Below are positions 24,201 through 26,026 of a stretch of DNA of 26,026 nucleotides, piece by piece. Position 1 is the stretch's first letter; every line of letters begins with the position of its first letter. The position numbers and the translations under genes are program-made. The notes under the pieces were generated by a model. That model was not told the origin of the DNA. It saw nothing but the letters and a program-made list of their open reading frames with translations, and did not search any database. Origin of the DNA: Armatimonadota bacterium (GTDB lineage: Bacteria > Armatimonadota > DASRZA01); the NCBI GenBank assembly GCA_035686845.1, contig DASRZA010000228.1, positions 1 to 26,026 of the forward strand, given 5' to 3'.

Positions 24201-25078
24201 TCTACGCTCCGGATAGCCCTATGAGCCAGGGTCTGTCTCTCTATCTGTCCAGCCACCACCGGCGAGACGTCAACTTCTGCGCCATTGCGTCGCCTCCCAT
24301 CTTTGGTAATGCCAGCGCATTTCCCACGGGCATGGAGCGCGTTCTGGACCTGATGGCGGAGCCCGGCTATCAGAAGGCGCCTGGCGGCAGACCGCTCCTC
24401 TACATCTTCGATGTCAGTGACGCCTCAATGCATGCCTGGGGCGGGCCGGTTAAGGCCAGGCGCCTCTTCGATGGCCTCCGGTCGGCCGCAAAGGCACGCG
24501 GTGAGGGCGATCCCTACATCGTGGTCATGGACTTCGACCCCTCGCACGGGAAGATGGTGATGGATGCCATCGGCGCCAATGCTATAAGCTCCTATGTGGC
24601 ATCACACGGGAATGGCCATGCTCTGCCGTACGCCGAACTCGCTCGTAGCGCCCATGCTTTCTGGGATCAGTGCGCGGCCACCGGCGCGCAGGTAGTTCCT
24701 ATCGCCATGGCGGGCTGGGATCGGCGGCCCCGCGTCGAGCATCCGGTCTCCTGGGAAAAGTATCAGAAACCTGGAGTTGGCCTCGGTGATTACTTCGTCA
24801 TGCCGACCCCTGTCGAGCTGGCGGCGCACGTCGAGGATGCCATGCGGTGGGCTGCTGTCCACCGGAAGCAGTGTCCGGCGCAAACGGTCGTCATCTATGC
24901 ATGGAACGAGCATGACGAGGGCGGGTTCCTCTGTCCTACACTCAATACCGATGGCAGCGCCAACTTCACCCGCCTCACTGCGATCCGAGAAATGCTGCGC
25001 CGGTTCCACGCTCGGGCGCCAGTGACGGGACCTCGGTCACCGGGGAACGGCGCGCTGTACCGGAGAACCGGGAAATGA
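21236..25078 (+). CDS. Large secreted multidomain protein (1280 aa). It has a right-handed parallel beta-helix (pectate-lyase-fold) domain, a beta-sandwich CBM/DOMON-like domain and a C-terminal putative glycoside-hydrolase-like domain.
   Basis: GGGAGG SD. The signal peptide is MARIIEMAIAGLLVVGLASAAAAAP. Repeated beta-helix coils (NHLIACAICNGGGWGVHVTSS, VEGCDIYQIGDGGITLDGG, NNYIHDYSQ, NEMHSLCWQSNDAGVIYAG, NQIRYNYIHHV, NTIENSVFVDCG) span aa ~330-560. The C-terminal 350 aa (AIRWDAWHT...VVIYAWNEHDEGG) are rich in Trp/acidic motifs, as in a carbohydrate-active domain. Confidence 0.6.
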   Translation: MARIIEMAIAGLLVVGLASAAAAAPLTLTISPAGRDTWSGRRAAPNAAHTDGPLATVAGARDAIRKLKAAGGLPVGGVMVDIRKGVYEMSGPLSLTAEDSGTAAAPVVYRAHPGATVRILGGRMLKEWRPVTDRAVLDRLDPAARAHVVQTNLRAQGITDYGVMKSAPNWGDSEAGLQLFYNERPMTLARWPNKGFAPIMDVAGPTPVNVRGTKGCKEGMIVYQGSRPDRWVGEKNIMLEGYWFWDWADQREKVASIDTTKHIITLEPPDSSFGYRKGQWFYAYNILSELDEPGEWYLDRDRGILYFWPPSPIARGQAMVSVIPSLFNLNGASFVTLRGLTMEGFRDAAVTVTGGQGNHLIACAICNGGGWGVHVTSSTRSSVEGCDIYQIGDGGITLDGGDRKTLTPGNLAADNNYIHDYSQWNPVYKPGITLSGDGNRATHNLIDRAPHMGIGFSGNDQVIEYNEMHSLCWQSNDAGVIYAGRDWTMRGNQIRYNYIHHVYGFQGRGCVGIYLDDQFSSADLYGNVLYHVPTAILIGGGRDNTIENSVFVDCGRVLAIDARGLGWAAPGEAGLMRKLNDMPYKTPPWSTRYPQLVNILNEDPMAPRDIKVLHNICWHGQWDAMEGKARPAVTLQDNLVNEDPRFVDAAHGDFRLRPDSPALKMGFKPIPFDKIGLYKSPDRASWPVHSTVMPPPATVPPERVGLRYQKPVVVPSIAAPADPMSPAKNWAALTLKETPDRTPAAGAPCQVRLAHFGDTLYVTLTAPVKDAGALKTGTVWGANDGAEVCFQDRSGKKAGPIFVLHGFAAGVLRSATDAGAPEAAARRLGAAVHFTARVEGNQWIGSWVIPLQAAGIQARPGARLGFNVGVFRSESDEWLEWAGTTSQTWRLDGAGMITLQATRSRPIIGAIRWDAWHTPWSRVEAGASDGPVHEMEISLGPRQYHYRLPFFAKVVSDNEVRIDGYTQKIVDREIAYAKAGGLDYWAFLLYAPDSPMSQGLSLYLSSHHRRDVNFCAIASPPIFGNASAFPTGMERVLDLMAEPGYQKAPGGRPLLYIFDVSDASMHAWGGPVKARRLFDGLRSAAKARGEGDPYIVVMDFDPSHGKMVMDAIGANAISSYVASHGNGHALPYAELARSAHAFWDQCAATGAQVVPIAMAGWDRRPRVEHPVSWEKYQKPGVGLGDYFVMPTPVELAAHVEDAMRWAAVHRKQCPAQTVVIYAWNEHDEGGFLCPTLNTDGSANFTRLTAIREMLRRFHARAPVTGPRSPGNGALYRRTGK

Positions 25079-25102
25079 GCCCGGGCGTTCACGGCCCGGG
25101 TT
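25078..25102 (+). terminator. GC-rich hairpin (CCCGGGC gttcacg GCCCGGG) directly after the stop codon of the large gene. No U tract follows.
   Basis: 7-9-bp stem with a 7-nt loop, beginning at the TGA stop. It lies between convergent genes. Confidence 0.3.
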
Positions 25103-25177
25103 GAGGGAAGCCGGTGGATCGCCTTGTGGGCGATTCCGCATCTCCCGAATGCGACCGGAGAATACGCGACCGGGGCA

Positions 25178-25262
25178 CCGTTGTAGGAGCCGAATCCCTT
25201 CGGCGATTTACGCAGCAGCGATAACCCGGCCGGTTGTAGGAGCCGAATCCCTTCGGCGATTG
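25178..25262. repeat. Two copies (53-bp period) of the REP-like core TTGTAGGAGCCGAATCCCTTCGGCGATT between convergent genes
   Basis: Copies at 25181..25208 and 25234..25261. Same core and orientation as 8318..8408. Confidence 0.7.
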
Positions 25263-25289
25263 CCCCGCTGACCATCCCGCCCACGGTGT

Positions 25290-25574
25290 TCATAAGATCT
25301 CGGGTTCGTCAGGGTACAAATCAGGATCTTCTCTCCGCGCCTCTTCCCGCTTTTCGCGGATGAAGTCTTCGCTCGTGTACGCAACATGCGGCATACAGCC
25401 CATCAATTTCTCGGAAAGCTCCAAACGTTCTTCCCGCGTCAGCGGCGTCATCACCGTACGCGCTTCCATCTCAGCCAGATGCTTTATCAACAATTCCAGG
25501 GTCAGTCCTTGCCGGGCGGCCCGGTCTCGCAGCGCGGCTTCCACCTCCGGATCCAGATCCCCTTTTACGCTCAT
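25290..25574 (-). CDS. Small ribbon-helix-helix-like protein (about 95 aa), possibly an orphan antitoxin or transcriptional regulator
   Basis: The long ORF 25290..25934 is probably over-extended. The ATG at 25574 has a GGAGGG/AAGAGG SD. The protein is MSVKGDLDPEVEAALRDRAARQGLTLELLIKHLAEMEAR..., an RHH-like N-terminus with an acidic C-terminal tail. No adjacent toxin gene was found. Confidence 0.35.
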   Translation of the reverse strand: MSVKGDLDPEVEAALRDRAARQGLTLELLIKHLAEMEARTVMTPLTREERLELSEKLMGCMPHVAYTSEDFIREKREEARREDPDLYPDEPEIL

Positions 25575-25942
25575 CAGCCTCTTACCCTCCGCGCTCATCG
25601 TTTCACAGCGCGTCGGGGCCACACTGCAACCTCCCCGTCCTCCGTCCGCGACTAGCCGATAAACTGCACTGCGCAGAACTCTCCCCGGGCAGCCGGCTCG
25701 AAATCGGGACGATCCGCGCTGAGCAACGTAGCGTCCGTGCGCATGGCCAGCGCTATGTAGGCGGCGACCCGGGGGCCTCGCGCCGCGGTCCGCTTCACTG
25801 CCCGAGTGGAGGAGATCCCTGACACTCCCCCAGGCCTCCCTGCCCTCATTCCAGCTTTTCCCCCGACAAACAACAAACTTGCAGCGAGAGATCCGAGAGC
25901 ACGTTCCTAACAGGCTCACTCGCGGCCGGACCAAACATCTCC

Positions 25943-26026
25943 TAATCTACCTTGAGAATCGAGGGGGTTGTTCCGGAGGCAGATGTTGAGGGTGTCTCCT
26001 TCAACTCCTCAAGCTCCTCCTTAATT
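25943..26026 (-). CDS. C-terminal end of a minus-strand gene extending past the right edge (...IKEELEELKETPSTSASGTTPSILKVD-stop)
   Basis: An open frame with no stop runs from the window edge down to the TAG at 25945..25943. It is only 28 codons, so this is weak. Confidence 0.2.

Noticed and set aside
25178-25262. Considered whether the 27-bp repeats with 45/53-bp periods were a CRISPR array
   Set aside because: The spacers would be only 18-26 bp, and both pairs sit in REP-like intergenic positions. One pair also differs in its flanks. This is more consistent with REP-type elements than with CRISPR.
25290-25934. 214-aa version of the minus-strand ORF with an Arg/Gly-rich N-terminal 112 aa
   Set aside because: The N-terminal extension has no SD, and its composition is typical of out-of-frame GC-rich sequence. 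An internal ATG at 25574 has a strong SD and gives a compact RHH-like protein.

Overview
This is high-GC (~65%) bacterial chromosomal DNA that is gene-dense on both strands, with no rRNA or tRNA genes that I can find. It reads as a mixed core and accessory region.

From the left, a minus-strand operon runs in transcription order (4353 down to 1): an intact MqnC/MqnE-family radical-SAM enzyme of the futalosine menaquinone pathway, then a degenerate paralog whose CxxxCxxC cluster motif is replaced by two in-frame 72-bp repeat units, then an Mrp/ApbC Fe-S carrier ATPase fused to a C-terminal FN3 domain, then a truncated MobA-like nucleotidyltransferase.

Next come a plus-strand GT-C-type polytopic membrane glycosyltransferase-like protein and two tandem, gene-converted GH26-like secreted glycoside hydrolases on the minus strand.

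A 665-bp lower-GC divergent regulatory region holds a 22-bp perfect palindrome, TGTGA/TCACA half-site arrays and helically phased CCTTCG repeats.

To its right on the plus strand are a small membrane protein translationally coupled to aroB (3-dehydroquinate synthase), an NfeD/YqiJ-like membrane protein with a His-rich loop paired with a flotillin (SPFH) protein, and a GH63-like (alpha/alpha)6 hydrolase carrying an inserted PA14 domain.

A roughly 900-bp non-coding stretch follows, with GT-rich tandem repeats and a CRISPR-like 28-bp direct-repeat pair separated by a 36-bp spacer. After it lie a DUF1016/YhcG-family PDDEXK nuclease and a frameshifted, truncated IS5-family (IS427/IS1031-like) transposase remnant.

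The window ends with a 1280-aa secreted right-handed beta-helix protein preceded by a (CATCCTT)4 heptamer repeat, and a small ribbon-helix-helix (RHH)-like protein on the minus strand.

I recognise three dispersed short-repeat families: the core CCTCTAAAATGGGGG; a 27-bp hairpin-containing unit TGTAGGAGCCGAATCCCTTCGGCGATT; and GGTGAGTGTGTG-type GT-rich arrays that embed the stop codons of two genes.

The ORF-track 'M' start residues include GTG/TTG codons, so some starts are uncertain. Long antisense ORFs opposite the real genes are GC artefacts. All functional calls rest on motif recognition by eye and need homology searches to confirm.
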